NCBI GenBank assembly: GCA_963665275.2
Contig: CAXXIN010000013.1
Span: forward strand, 256,001-320,000
Source of the DNA: Negativicutes bacterium
GTDB lineage: Bacteria > Bacillota > Negativicutes > UBA1444
Reading direction: 5' to 3'
Length of the DNA stretch: 64,000 nucleotides
Shown in pieces: positions 10,771 through 20,514 of this stretch. The notes under the pieces are model-generated. The model was not told the origin of the DNA. It saw only the letters and a list, made by a program, of their open reading frames with translations, and did not search any database. Made by a program: the position numbers and the translations under genes. Position 1 is the stretch's first letter. The number at the start of each line of letters is the position of its first letter.

Positions 10771-11001
10771 ACTCATGCCAACTCAACCACCATTTCAATC
10801 ACCAAATGCCAACATTCCTTTTGCTAATAATCAAGTTTAAGCCATTACCCGTTTTCCTTCCTGTTTTTTGCTTGCGAATCTGTGTTTCCTCCGCCTCCAC
10901 ACTTCTTCATAGTCGCGCTTCTTGGTTGGGAGGCCCAGTCCCGTCACGTCCCTCCGCTTTTGGAAATTTCCACCCTCCTGAGGTTAGGGTCTGTTTCTAG
11001 C

Positions 11002-11040
11002 AAAAAACGGCACTTTACGTTTCGCGTAAAATGCCGTTTT
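11002..11040 (-). terminator. Intrinsic terminator after rubrerythrin (second hairpin at about 11057-11078)
   Basis: Minus strand aaaacggcattttacgcgaaacgtaaagtgccgtttttt. Confidence 0.65.
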
Positions 11041-11130
11041 CGTCTGCAGTCTGAAAGGCAGCACACGATCGTGCTGCCTGTTCCAGTTCGGAAAACCAGT
11101 TTGCCTGATTGGTGAGATATAGCCTTAAAT

Positions 11131-11717
11131 TCAATAGTTCTCGACAAACACTTCGAAATAGCCCTGGGGATGCGCGCAAGCTGGGCAGATATTGGCGCGC
11201 GCTGTCGCCGCAATGGATATAGCCGCAATTGTCGCACTTTCCATTCCTTCACCGCCGGTTTCTTGAATACTTCGCCAGCGACTAGGTTCGCATGCAATTT
11301 TCGATAGCGAGCTTCGTGATGCTTTTCGATTTCAACCAACTTTCGGAACAGAAAGGCAACCGCAGGGAATCCTTCTGTCTCGGCAGTTTCAGCAAAAGCG
11401 GGATACAATTCGCCCCACTCTTCTTTTTCCCCTTCCGCCGCAGCCAACAGATTGCTTTTGGTGTCGCTGAGCGCCACCGGGAATGTGGCGGTGATTTCGA
11501 CCATTTCCCCATTCATAGCTGCCGCGAGATGCTTAAACAACAACTTGGCGTGTTCTTTCTCATTTTCCGCCGTCTCCGTAAAGAGATTGGCGATTTGCAC
11601 GAAGTTCTCTTTTTTTGCCACGGAGGCGTAAAATGTGTAGCGGTTTCGGGCCTGCGATTCTCCGGCAAATGCCTTCATCAGGTTTTCCGCTGTTTTAGTC
11701 CCTTTCAATTGGTTCAT
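11131..11717 (-). pseudogene. rbr: Rubrerythrin; C-terminal rubredoxin domain out of frame by two single-base insertions (likely errors)
   Basis: [32 protein letters not shown]; corrected tail [10 protein letters not shown]...[12 protein letters not shown] to TGA at 11131. Confidence 0.85.
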
Positions 11718-12160
11718 GTTGTACCCTCCTGTTTTCTTTCATTTTTATCTTTCAAACACCTGGGACAGGCGCCTGTAAAATAAACATTTTTCTCTTTGAC
11801 TTCAAAAGCATCGAGTTCCTCCACCACGAAATCATCAATGCGAATTGCAAAATTGAAAATGGTTTCACAGACTTCGCATTTAAAGTGTCCATGATTCTCC
11901 ATGATGATATCGTAACGGGTCTCATTGTCCTCAATGGTCAGAATTCTTGCCAATTTCGCCTTGATAAACAAGTTTAAGGTATTGTAGATCGTAGATTTGG
12001 ACAGCGTGGGATTATCCTTGGTCAGGTCCGTGAATATCTGATCAACAGTAGGGTGGCATTGATGAGTGATAAGATATTCCAACACTTTAATCCTTGGATG
12101 GGAAGGACGTATAGCTCGGTTTGAAAGGTCATCCGCCAGGACTTTTAATGACGGTTTCAT
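11714..12160 (-). CDS. perR: Fur-family regulator, PerR-like
   Basis: [20 protein letters not shown]...[15 protein letters not shown]; overlaps the rubrerythrin start. Confidence 0.8.
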   Translation of the reverse strand: MKPSLKVLADDLSNRAIRPSHPRIKVLEYLITHQCHPTVDQIFTDLTKDNPTLSKSTIYNTLNLFIKAKLARILTIEDNETRYDIIMENHGHFKCEVCETIFNFAIRIDDFVVEELDAFEVKEKNVYFTGACPRCLKDKNERKQEGTT

Positions 12161-12216
12161 CGATACCTCTCCCATCATGCATAGTCGGACAATGCCAATT
12201 TATTACTATTCTATAT

Positions 12217-12231
12217 TTGTAATGATTACAT
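12217..12231. promoter_or_regulatory. Per/Fur-box-like inverted repeat
   Basis: TTGTAATGATTACAT versus Per box TTATAATNATTATAA, upstream of perR-rbr. Confidence 0.55.
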
Positions 12232-12427
12232 ATATAGATTAGTCTGATAAAAATATTTTGTCAATGCCATATTCCAGACTGTATGCAACCATACCCTGTT
12301 GAATAACGGGCGCCTGCTATTTGGAGATCGAAGCGCAGATTATTTTCGAGGCTTCTATATCTCATCTATTTTATTTACTTGGAATTGGCGAGACGCGCTC
12401 TAATTAATCCAGCTCGTAGCAAAAAAA

Positions 12428-12456
12428 CGAATAGCTCCCTGCGCGGGAGCTATTCG
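12428..12456 (-). terminator. Terminator of the CoA-transferase/bcd/crt operon
   Basis: cgaatagctccc-tgcgc-gggagctattcg followed by a U-tract on the minus strand. Confidence 0.7.
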
Positions 12457-12492
12457 GGATGGCTTTTCAAGCCCATTGAAGAATCTTGAGGA

Positions 12493-13884
12493 TCAGAGGA
12501 TCGGCAGGAATGTCGCCAACAATACCATGAGCAACGCAACTGTAGTCTTCAACATGGTAAGGGCAAAAATGTCCTTATACGATTGGCGGTGCGTCAGCCC
12601 GCAGATTGCCAACAGCGTGATGACCGCGCCGTTGTGCGGCAAGGTATCCATCCCGCCGGCCGCCAGTGAAGCAATCCGATGCAGCAGTTCCGGACTGACG
12701 CCAGCTTTGACGCCCCATTCCAGATAGGTTTTTCCCATCAGTTCCAATGCAATTCCGAGACCGCCTGACGCGGAACCGGTGATCCCTGCGATGACATTGA
12801 TCATCACGGCTTCCGAGAGCAGGGGACCGTTGCCGATATGAATTCCCATCAAGAAAGTCGACACCTGCTTGAAGCCTTCCTGGGTGGCAATAACGCCGCC
12901 ATAACCGACTTCCGAACCGGTGTTCATGACGGCCAGCAAAGAGCCCATGATTGCAATCTGCGTAGATTTCCCCAAAGCGGTTCCATCCCTAAACTTGTGG
13001 AAATTAACGATTAGACAGGTCACAATCGCTGTTGATAAAGCGATAATCAAGGCCCATATGCCTGTCACCTGTTTCAGGGTTACGCCTGTAGTGAAGCCCT
13101 TCAAAACCGACGGATCCCAGGTTGCAATCCACTTCGTCAGGAAGAAGTTCCCGACCAGCACGATCAATAAGGGCAGCACGGCGATAAATCCGCTGGGCAG
13201 CTTGGTGTCGTCAAGTTTGCTCAAATCCGGCTCATTGGTATGGCCCTCGCCATAGCCTTCACCGGAGGCAACCAGTTTCTTGCGACGCCACTCCATGTAG
13301 CCGACTCCGCCCGTGTAGAGAAGAACGGCGGCAATCAGTCCGGTCACAGGCGCCGCATAGGCATCGGTGCCGAAATACATGGTAGGGATGATGTTCTGGA
13401 TCTGCGGCGTTCCAGGCAGCGCATCCATGGCCAGGCCAAAGCCGCCGAATGCGATACAGGCAGGAATCAAACGCTTCGGATAATCCGCTTCACGAAACAG
13501 GGCTGCGGCAAGCGGATACAGCGCAAAAGAGATTACGTGAGTGCTGATGCCGCCGTAACAAAGTACGATGCCGGAAGTGATAATGGCCATGATCGCCCGC
13601 TCTTTTCCCAATACCTTGATGATCATTAAGGCTATCTTGCGAGCTGAACCGGAGTCCTCCATTACTTTCCCCAGAACAGCGCCCAACAGGAACAGTGGGA
13701 AAAAGTTTTTGACGAACCCTACTGTTTTGGGCATGAATACCTCAGTGTACGTCGGTAAGACGGCCTGCCCGGATAACGCTGCCGCCAACAGGGCAAAAAC
13801 CGGCGCAAACAAAACCACGGAAAAACCCCTGTAAGCAAAGAACATGAGCAGGAACAAACTTACCATAATGGCCAAAACTTCCAT
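12493..13884 (-). CDS. GntP-family permease (3-hydroxybutyrate/short-chain acid permease-like)
   Basis: FPLFLLGAVLGKVMEDSG, ALPGTPQIQNIIP, AGITGSASGGL, DTLPHNGAVITLL. Confidence 0.85.
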   Translation of the reverse strand: MEVLAIMVSLFLLMFFAYRGFSVVLFAPVFALLAAALSGQAVLPTYTEVFMPKTVGFVKNFFPLFLLGAVLGKVMEDSGSARKIALMIIKVLGKERAIMAIITSGIVLCYGGISTHVISFALYPLAAALFREADYPKRLIPACIAFGGFGLAMDALPGTPQIQNIIPTMYFGTDAYAAPVTGLIAAVLLYTGGVGYMEWRRKKLVASGEGYGEGHTNEPDLSKLDDTKLPSGFIAVLPLLIVLVGNFFLTKWIATWDPSVLKGFTTGVTLKQVTGIWALIIALSTAIVTCLIVNFHKFRDGTALGKSTQIAIMGSLLAVMNTGSEVGYGGVIATQEGFKQVSTFLMGIHIGNGPLLSEAVMINVIAGITGSASGGLGIALELMGKTYLEWGVKAGVSPELLHRIASLAAGGMDTLPHNGAVITLLAICGLTHRQSYKDIFALTMLKTTVALLMVLLATFLPIL

Positions 13885-14055
13885 GAAAATACGGGCCTCC
13901 TTTATTTTTCGGATCGTGAAGCGTGAGGACTTTTATCCATCGCACAGCCTGTAAGACCCCGCCCTCTTAGGCCTTCGGATAAACAGGCTGTAGTTCGAAG
14001 TAAATTCGACTAAGATTCAGGTGGCGTTAAAACACCATCTGAATCAAGTCTACAT

Positions 14056-14841
14056 TTATTTACCGACAAACATTGCTTTGCGTTTTTCCACGAAGGCTGC
14101 CATCCCCTCGGATTGGTCAGCTGTAGCGAAGCACAGGCCGAACACTTCGGATTCGTAGGCCTGGCCCGATTCAAAGTCCATATCCAGGCCTTCGTTCACA
14201 GCCGCCTTGCATAGCTGAACTGCCACCGGACCGCGTGAAAGAATCACTTTTGCCCATTCTCTCGCCACATCCATCAATTGTTCGGCGGGAACCACCTTGT
14301 TGACCAAGCCGATGCGATAGGCTTCGGTCGCATCAATCTGGTTGCCTGTGAAAAGAAGCTCTTTAGCGCGGCCTTTGCCGATGAGTCGGGGCAATCGCTG
14401 TGTGCCGGCAAACCCGGGAACGACGCCGAGCAACACTTCCGGTTGCCCGAATTTGGCTTTTTCCGATGCGATACGCATATCACAGCACATCGCGAGTTCG
14501 CAGCCGCCACCCAGAGCATATCCATTCACGGCGGCAATAACAGGTTGAGGCAGATTTTCAATGGCATTGAAGACACCTTGGCTGAAACGGCCCCATTGCC
14601 GTCCTTCAAGGGCTGACATCGACTGCATTTGGCTGATATCGGCTCCGGCAACGAAGGATTTTTCGCCGCTGCCTGTGACGATCACTACGCCGACGGTTTT
14701 GTCGATGGCGATTCTTTCCACCAGATCCTTTAGTTCCTGCATGGTTTCCTGATTCAACGCATTGAGAACCTTGGGACGATTGATGGTGAGAACGCCGATG
14801 GAATCCTGAACTTCAAATGTGAGATTATCATACTGGCTCAT
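14056..14841 (-). CDS. crt: Short-chain enoyl-CoA hydratase (crotonase)
   Basis: INRPKVLNALN, FVAGADI, NGYALGGGCELAM, FGQPEV. Confidence 0.92.
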   Translation of the reverse strand: MSQYDNLTFEVQDSIGVLTINRPKVLNALNQETMQELKDLVERIAIDKTVGVVIVTGSGEKSFVAGADISQMQSMSALEGRQWGRFSQGVFNAIENLPQPVIAAVNGYALGGGCELAMCCDMRIASEKAKFGQPEVLLGVVPGFAGTQRLPRLIGKGRAKELLFTGNQIDATEAYRIGLVNKVVPAEQLMDVAREWAKVILSRGPVAVQLCKAAVNEGLDMDFESGQAYESEVFGLCFATADQSEGMAAFVEKRKAMFVGK

Positions 14842-14861
14842 ATTCTTCCCTCCCCGGATGA

Positions 14862-15302
14862 TTACTTTTTCATGATCATGACGACAGCTTTGCCGTCGAC
14901 AACGACTTCGTCGCGCTGGTTTTTGATCACCGTCTTGAGGACCAGACGCTGCTTGGCATCGATTTTTTCAGTCACTTCCGCATACGCGGTGATGGTATCG
15001 CCGATTTTGACCGGCTTGACGAATTTGATGTCCTGTGACAGATAGAGCGCGTTGATGCCGGGTAGACAACAGCCGACTAGTGTGGAGATAAACGATGCAG
15101 TCAGCATGCCGTGGGCGATCCGTTCGCCGAACATGGTGGTTTTGGCATATTCGGGATTGATGTGCACCGGGTTGAAATCGCCGATGATTCCTGCGAAATT
15201 GACAATATCGGCCTCACTGATCATTTTTGTGATGGATGCGCTTTCCCCGATTTCGATCTCGGCATAGGGGCGTTCTACAACAAATGCGGTGTGAATAGGC
15301 AT
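14862..15302 (-). CDS. MaoC/PhaJ-like (R)-specific enoyl-CoA hydratase
   Basis: Hydratase-2 motif GDFNPVH and IAHGML. Confidence 0.9.
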   Translation of the reverse strand: MPIHTAFVVERPYAEIEIGESASITKMISEADIVNFAGIIGDFNPVHINPEYAKTTMFGERIAHGMLTASFISTLVGCCLPGINALYLSQDIKFVKPVKIGDTITAYAEVTEKIDAKQRLVLKTVIKNQRDEVVVDGKAVVMIMKK

Positions 15303-15319
15303 AATTTTTTCCTCCCTTA

Positions 15320-16456
15320 CTATTTCAAAATATGTCCGGCAATGACCACACGCTGAATCTGATTAGTTCCTTCGTAGATCTGGGTTATCTTGGCATCGCG
15401 CATCATGCGCTCCACTGGATATTCACGGGAATAGCCGTACCCGCCCATGACCTGAATCGCGTCAAGCGTCACCTTCACTGCCATATCGGACGCGAAAGTC
15501 TTGGCCATGGCCGCTTCTTTGCCATATGGCAATTTGGCATCCTTCAGCGCCGCCGCGTGATAGACCAGATGACGGGCTGCTTCGATCTGAATGGCCATAT
15601 CCGCGAGCATGAAAGCAACAGCTTGCTGCGCAGCGATCGGTTTACCAAACTGCTCCCTGACCTTGGAATATTGCAGAGCCTCTTCATATGCTCCCTGGGC
15701 GATTCCGACAGCCTGGGCGCCGATACCAATACGGGCCCCGTCCAGCACGATCATGGCGATTTTGAAGCCTTCGCCCTCTTTACCCAGCATGTTTTCGCGC
15801 GGAATGCGGCAGTTTTCGAAGATCAGTTCGGTGGTTGAGGAAGCGCGGATTCCCATCTTTTCTTCTTTCTTGCCGATGGTGAAACCGGGTGTGCCTTTTT
15901 CCACGATGAAACCGGTGATCCCTTTGATGCCCTTGCTTTTGTCGAGGCTCGCGAATACACAATAGATTTCGGCGGCGCCGCCATTAGTGATGAAGCATTT
16001 GCTTCCGTTCAGCACGAAGCTGTCGCCGTCCAGTTCCGCCGTTGTCGCAACCTTGGAGGCATCAGAGCCGGCGCCAGGCTCGGTCAGGGCAAATGCGCCT
16101 ATTTTCTCTCCGCTAGCCAGCGCCGGGATATATTTTTGTTTCTGCTCTTCCGTGCCAAACAGATAGATCGGCACGATTCCGGCTGAAGTATGCACCGCCA
16201 TGATAGCGCCGGTTGATGCGCAAGCCTTGGAGATCTCTTCGATGGCGGCTGCGTAGCTGACGCTGTCAACACCTGCTCCACCGTACTGTTCGGGAATCGG
16301 TAGGCCCATCAGTCCCAGTTCGGCCATCTTCGCAACATTGTCGTAGGGGAATTCTTCGGTGTGGTCGTAATGCGCAGCATGCGGAGCGATCTCTTTTTTT
16401 GCAAATCCAGCGACCAGTTTTCGCAGATCTTCCTGTTCAGCACTAAGCAAAGCCAT
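15320..16456 (-). CDS. bcd: Acyl-CoA (butyryl-CoA-like) dehydrogenase
   Basis: [52 protein letters not shown]. Confidence 0.88.
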   Translation of the reverse strand: MALLSAEQEDLRKLVAGFAKKEIAPHAAHYDHTEEFPYDNVAKMAELGLMGLPIPEQYGGAGVDSVSYAAAIEEISKACASTGAIMAVHTSAGIVPIYLFGTEEQKQKYIPALASGEKIGAFALTEPGAGSDASKVATTAELDGDSFVLNGSKCFITNGGAAEIYCVFASLDKSKGIKGITGFIVEKGTPGFTIGKKEEKMGIRASSTTELIFENCRIPRENMLGKEGEGFKIAMIVLDGARIGIGAQAVGIAQGAYEEALQYSKVREQFGKPIAAQQAVAFMLADMAIQIEAARHLVYHAAALKDAKLPYGKEAAMAKTFASDMAVKVTLDAIQVMGGYGYSREYPVERMMRDAKITQIYEGTNQIQRVVIAGHILK

Positions 16457-16475
16457 AATATTATCCGTCCCTTCC

Positions 16476-18047
16476 TTATTTCGCTTTGGCTGCGAACTCA
16501 GCCTTGATGCCCATGAGCGACTCGCCAAAAATCCGTGGGTCCATGACTTTCATATCAGCCGCAACTTTGACCGGAAAATCGATCTGGTCCAGCACTTCTG
16601 TTTGCAAATCAATGCCTGGCGCGATTTCGGTCAACACCATACCTTCGGGACGCAGTTCGAACATGGCCCGCTCCGTTAGATAAATGACGGCTTGTCCGAC
16701 TTCCTGCGCATAGGCGCCGCTGAAAGTAATCTGGTCGACTTTTTTGACGAACTTTTTGCTTTTGCCTTCTTTGACAATTCGTAGTTTCCCGTTCTCCACA
16801 GCCACTTCCAGGCCGCCTGCAGTCAGTGTGCCGCAAAATACGACTTTCTTCGCGTTCTGCGTAATATTTACGAAGCCGCCGCAACCAGCGATGCGGTTGC
16901 CGAATTTGCTGACGTTGATATTGCCTGCTTCGTCGGCCTGCGCCAGACCCAGATAGGCTACATCCAATGCGCCGCCATCATAAAGATCGAACATGTTGGG
17001 ATGCTCCAGAATTACTTCCGGATTATATGCACAGCCAAAATTGAGACCGCCGGCAGCCACGCCGCCCATTGGACCGGATTCCAGCGTTAGCGTGATATCT
17101 TCCAGCATTCCTTCTTCATTCGCAACCACGGCCACGCCGTCCGGCACACCGATCCCCAGATTGACGATGGCATCAGGCGTCAGTTCCATTGCGCCGCGGC
17201 GGGCAATCACCTTGCGTTCGCTCAATTCCATAACAGGCAGATTATCTAAAGGTCGACGGGTTTCGCCGCACAAGGATGGATCAAACTGAACTTCGTTGGT
17301 CTGCCAGTGATATTCAGGTTGGGCGACGACGATGGCATCCACCAGGGCGCCGGGCACCTTGACTTGCTGCGGCGGCAGCGTTCCTTTGGCGACCATGCGC
17401 TCTACCTGAACGATTACGATACCGCCATGGCGCTTCGTAGCCTGCGCAAGATGAAACGCTTCCAGCAGTACACATTCCTTTTCCATCGTCAGATTGCCTT
17501 TTTCGTCCGCGCTCGTTCCTCGAATGAACGCCACGTCGATTTTTTGCGGCAAATAGTGCAGATATTCTTTGCCTTCGATATTGATTACTTTGACGATGTC
17601 TTCCGTCGTTTTGGCGTTCAGTTTGCCGCCTTCAACGCGAGGATCGGCAAAAGTCTTCAGCCCGACATGGGTGATGACGCCAGGCTTGGCGCCGGCCATG
17701 TTGCGGATCATATGCAGAATGACGCCCTGCGGCAAATTGTAGGCTTCCACCGCATTATCGGATATTAGTTTCCCCAGTTTGGGCGCCAGGTTGTAATGAC
17801 CGCCGATAATGCGCTTCAACAATCCGGCGTGACCATAACGGTTCACGCAACGATCCTTGCCATCACCCTGTCCAGCGGCATAAAGCAAGGTGAGATTGTT
17901 CGGCGCGCCTTCTTCCAGAAAACGCTTTTCCAGCATGACGCTGAGTTCTTCCGGATGGGAGAAGCCCACGAATCCTTGGACAGCCAGCGTATCGCCGGAC
18001 TTGACCAATTTGACGGCCTCTGCTGATGAGATTACTTTGTTCTTCAT
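16476..18047 (-). CDS. Family I acyl-CoA:acetate CoA-transferase (Pct/YdiF-like, fused alpha/beta)
   Basis: [24 protein letters not shown], catalytic [17 protein letters not shown]. Confidence 0.9.
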   Translation of the reverse strand: MKNKVISSAEAVKLVKSGDTLAVQGFVGFSHPEELSVMLEKRFLEEGAPNNLTLLYAAGQGDGKDRCVNRYGHAGLLKRIIGGHYNLAPKLGKLISDNAVEAYNLPQGVILHMIRNMAGAKPGVITHVGLKTFADPRVEGGKLNAKTTEDIVKVINIEGKEYLHYLPQKIDVAFIRGTSADEKGNLTMEKECVLLEAFHLAQATKRHGGIVIVQVERMVAKGTLPPQQVKVPGALVDAIVVAQPEYHWQTNEVQFDPSLCGETRRPLDNLPVMELSERKVIARRGAMELTPDAIVNLGIGVPDGVAVVANEEGMLEDITLTLESGPMGGVAAGGLNFGCAYNPEVILEHPNMFDLYDGGALDVAYLGLAQADEAGNINVSKFGNRIAGCGGFVNITQNAKKVVFCGTLTAGGLEVAVENGKLRIVKEGKSKKFVKKVDQITFSGAYAQEVGQAVIYLTERAMFELRPEGMVLTEIAPGIDLQTEVLDQIDFPVKVAADMKVMDPRIFGESLMGIKAEFAAKAK

Positions 18048-18099
18048 TGATACCCTCCATTCGCACCACGTGCTTGTTCTTATTTTCACAATCTAATAA

Positions 18100-18116
18100 T
18101 GCAAGAACAATGCCAA
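18100..18116 (-). promoter_or_regulatory. Sigma-54 (-24/-12) promoter of the CoA-transferase operon
   Basis: Minus strand TTGGCATTGTTCTTGCA; sigma-54 activator gene adjacent. Confidence 0.85.
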
Positions 18117-18345
18117 GTCTTATTCACTGGTTGCCAAAAACGCGAAAGCGCTTTGTTTACAGGATATTTAAATTATTTAGCGAACCATTTTACTGCATTC
18201 AAAAACAAAATCGGCGTGCAATTTGCAATATTGCCAATTGCATTAATACCAACCTGCAGTAATATGCAAGAAAACCTGACCATAAAAAAGAACACTGCCC
18301 CCAAGCAGTGTTCGTCATTCATCCTTACGCGTGATTCAACCTTCT

Positions 18346-20082
18346 TTAGACGGCAGGAATCCCTTTCGTTTTGCGGTTGCGCTTGCGTATCAGCGTGGTT
18401 ACATCGACGCCGAGACTGCGGGATGCTTCTTTCAACGAACCGCATTCTTCCACGGCCTCTTCGATGATCTCTTCTTCTACCGCCTGCACCAAGTCTTTCA
18501 GTGATGCGGTCGGATGCCAGAGTCGCTTCTTGTCTTTGACCTGCGCCTTCCGCTCCCCCACGGTCTCAATGATCTTGAGCAAATCCGAATTCGCGGCAAC
18601 TTCAGCCAAGTGCCGAAGTTCGATCACCGGTGAGTCCACGATCACAACGATCCGTTCAATCACATTCATCACTTCTCGTATGTTACCGGGCCATTTGTAT
18701 TTCAGCAAAATATCAATAGCTTCCGGTGCGATGGTCTTATTTCGTTTATATCGTTGATTCGATTTTTCCAGATAATGCGTGATTAGCGGCAGCAAATCAT
18801 CCCGTCGTTCCGAGAGCGGCGGAATCCGCACCGGAATAACATTCAGCCGATAAAACAGGTCTTGGCGGAATAAGCCTTTGGCAATCAGTTGCTCCAGATT
18901 GGTATTAGTCGCTGCAATAATGCGAACATCAACCGCCACCTCTTTGGTCCCGCCAACGCGATAGAAGCTGCGTTCCTGCAGCACATTCAATATTTTTGCC
19001 TGCAAGGGCAGCGGCATATCGCCAATCTCATCGAGGAACAACGTGCCTTTATTGGCCAGTTCGAACATGCCGGCCTTGAACTTCTTCGCGCCGGTGAACG
19101 AACCTTCTTCATAGCCGAACAACTCGGATTCCAACAGGGATTCAGGTATCGCACTGCAATTGACATGGATAAAATTGCCGGTGTGTTGCCTTTCACTCGC
19201 CGCATGAACAAACTTGGCCATGGCAGTTTTTCCGACGCCGGATTCACCGGTAATCAAGAGCTGCAGATCCGTATCCGCCACTTTCATGATCAGCTCGTAC
19301 AGGGTCTCCATCACACGGCTGCGTACCAGGGCGCGATTCGCATCCGAACTGGCGATCTGCATCGCTTTCAGTTCCCGTTGGTAGCCTTTGGCGATCCCTT
19401 TGATATTGTTCAGTTTTTCATGCAGCCCGTTCAGCTCCGAAATATCCCGTACATTGGAAATCACCCGAATGATCCGTCCCGCCTCATCAAACAGCGGCGT
19501 GCTGGAAACGATCGCGTCCTTGCCCTGAAAATACTTGACGGCAGCGCTGACCGACTGACGTTGCTCCACCGCATGCACTGTACAGGAATAGGGCAGGATT
19601 TCCTCATTCACGAGTTCCTGCAGATTACGTCCCACCATTACCTCGCGCGTCAGCCCTGAAATATGAATGAATGCCTCGTTGATGGCCAGAACCTTGCAAT
19701 GTCCATCGGCAACCAGCATTCCGTCATAGGAAGTATCAATGAAGCGCTGCACCCCGATGATCGCATCAGCCGCCTCGCACCACAGATGATCCAGATCCTG
19801 GTATTCATAATAATTTCTAAAATAAATATGAAAGCCGGAGCCCGGGCTTTTGTCCGCAATCACATCCAACAGGTATTTTTCCGAAATGGAAGTCTTGACG
19901 ATGCGGGACGACAATTCGTGACGAAACCAGCTTTTTCGCAGCCACGGCAATGCGGTCGCGACCGGGCTTCCAATCGTCAAGGCATCCCCCAATAGAACGC
20001 CGGCGCGTTCGTTTGCCGCTAAAATAATCCCGGCCGCATCAATTTGTAAGTACGCCCAATGTTGGCAACGACCTTCTGCCAT
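18346..20082 (-). CDS. PAS-domain sigma-54 enhancer-binding protein
   Basis: PAS region, [40 protein letters not shown]-terminal HTH. Confidence 0.92.
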   Translation of the reverse strand: MAEGRCQHWAYLQIDAAGIILAANERAGVLLGDALTIGSPVATALPWLRKSWFRHELSSRIVKTSISEKYLLDVIADKSPGSGFHIYFRNYYEYQDLDHLWCEAADAIIGVQRFIDTSYDGMLVADGHCKVLAINEAFIHISGLTREVMVGRNLQELVNEEILPYSCTVHAVEQRQSVSAAVKYFQGKDAIVSSTPLFDEAGRIIRVISNVRDISELNGLHEKLNNIKGIAKGYQRELKAMQIASSDANRALVRSRVMETLYELIMKVADTDLQLLITGESGVGKTAMAKFVHAASERQHTGNFIHVNCSAIPESLLESELFGYEEGSFTGAKKFKAGMFELANKGTLFLDEIGDMPLPLQAKILNVLQERSFYRVGGTKEVAVDVRIIAATNTNLEQLIAKGLFRQDLFYRLNVIPVRIPPLSERRDDLLPLITHYLEKSNQRYKRNKTIAPEAIDILLKYKWPGNIREVMNVIERIVVIVDSPVIELRHLAEVAANSDLLKIIETVGERKAQVKDKKRLWHPTASLKDLVQAVEEEIIEEAVEECGSLKEASRSLGVDVTTLIRKRNRKTKGIPAV

Positions 20083-20143
20083 TCGAATTCCTCCGCAGTA
20101 CATATTTATATTAGTGAAATTTATCACAAACTTATCTAATATA

Positions 20144-20172
20144 TAATTCGACACAAAAAAACAAAACCCTGC
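20144..20172 (-). promoter_or_regulatory. Sigma-H-like promoter upstream of the activator gene
   Basis: Minus strand GCAGGGTTT-N11-GTCGAATTA. Confidence 0.45.
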
Positions 20173-20198
20173 TGACTAAATAGCCGGCCTTGCACTTC

Positions 20199-20429
20199 CT
20201 ATTTTGTGACGAACTCCAGAATCTCACTGATGGCGATGGAGACTTCTCCCGGCCAGTGAATCGATTTCCCGTCAGTGGTCGCCGCCGCAAACACCGCTTC
20301 TTTTTTGAGCCCTGAGAATCGGATCGTATGCAGCTTTCCGTTCATATCGAGAGTCACCGAATGATGGTTGTCAAAATGAACCGTAATACAATGTTCAGCC
20401 CCAGGAGTTACGCTTACAATTCTCATCAC
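20199..20429 (-). CDS. DUF2442-like small protein
   Basis: IVSVTP...ITVHFDN...RFSGL...F..ATTDGKSIHW pattern; RBS GAAAGGA. Confidence 0.75.
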   Translation of the reverse strand: MMRIVSVTPGAEHCITVHFDNHHSVTLDMNGKLHTIRFSGLKKEAVFAAATTDGKSIHWPGEVSIAISEILEFVTK

Positions 20430-20514
20430 AAAATATCCTTTCGCTAATAGATTGTTTGAAAAGAGGATTCATGTTCATCATATGTTGAATCAGCTATTTG
20501 TGATATTATCCACG

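Noticed and set aside
10837-10947. 36-aa basic minus-strand ORF MTGLGLPTKKRDYEEVWRRRKHRFASKKQEGKRVMA
   Set aside because: RBS-like sequence only about 2 nt from the GTG, no recognisable family, lies after a terminator; needs ribosome profiling
10944-11130. C-terminal extension of the 257-aa rubrerythrin ORF
   Set aside because: Product of the frameshift; the true rubredoxin tail ends at 11131
13944-14046. Two hairpins between crt and the permease as a possible riboswitch
   Set aside because: No recognisable aptamer consensus; more simply mRNA-stabilising or partial terminator hairpins (an Rfam scan would settle it)
20199-20429. DUF2442 as antitoxin of a toxin-antitoxin or defence pair
   Set aside because: No DUF4160/HicA-like partner adjacent; the neighbouring STAND proteins end in LuxR HTH domains, not effector domains
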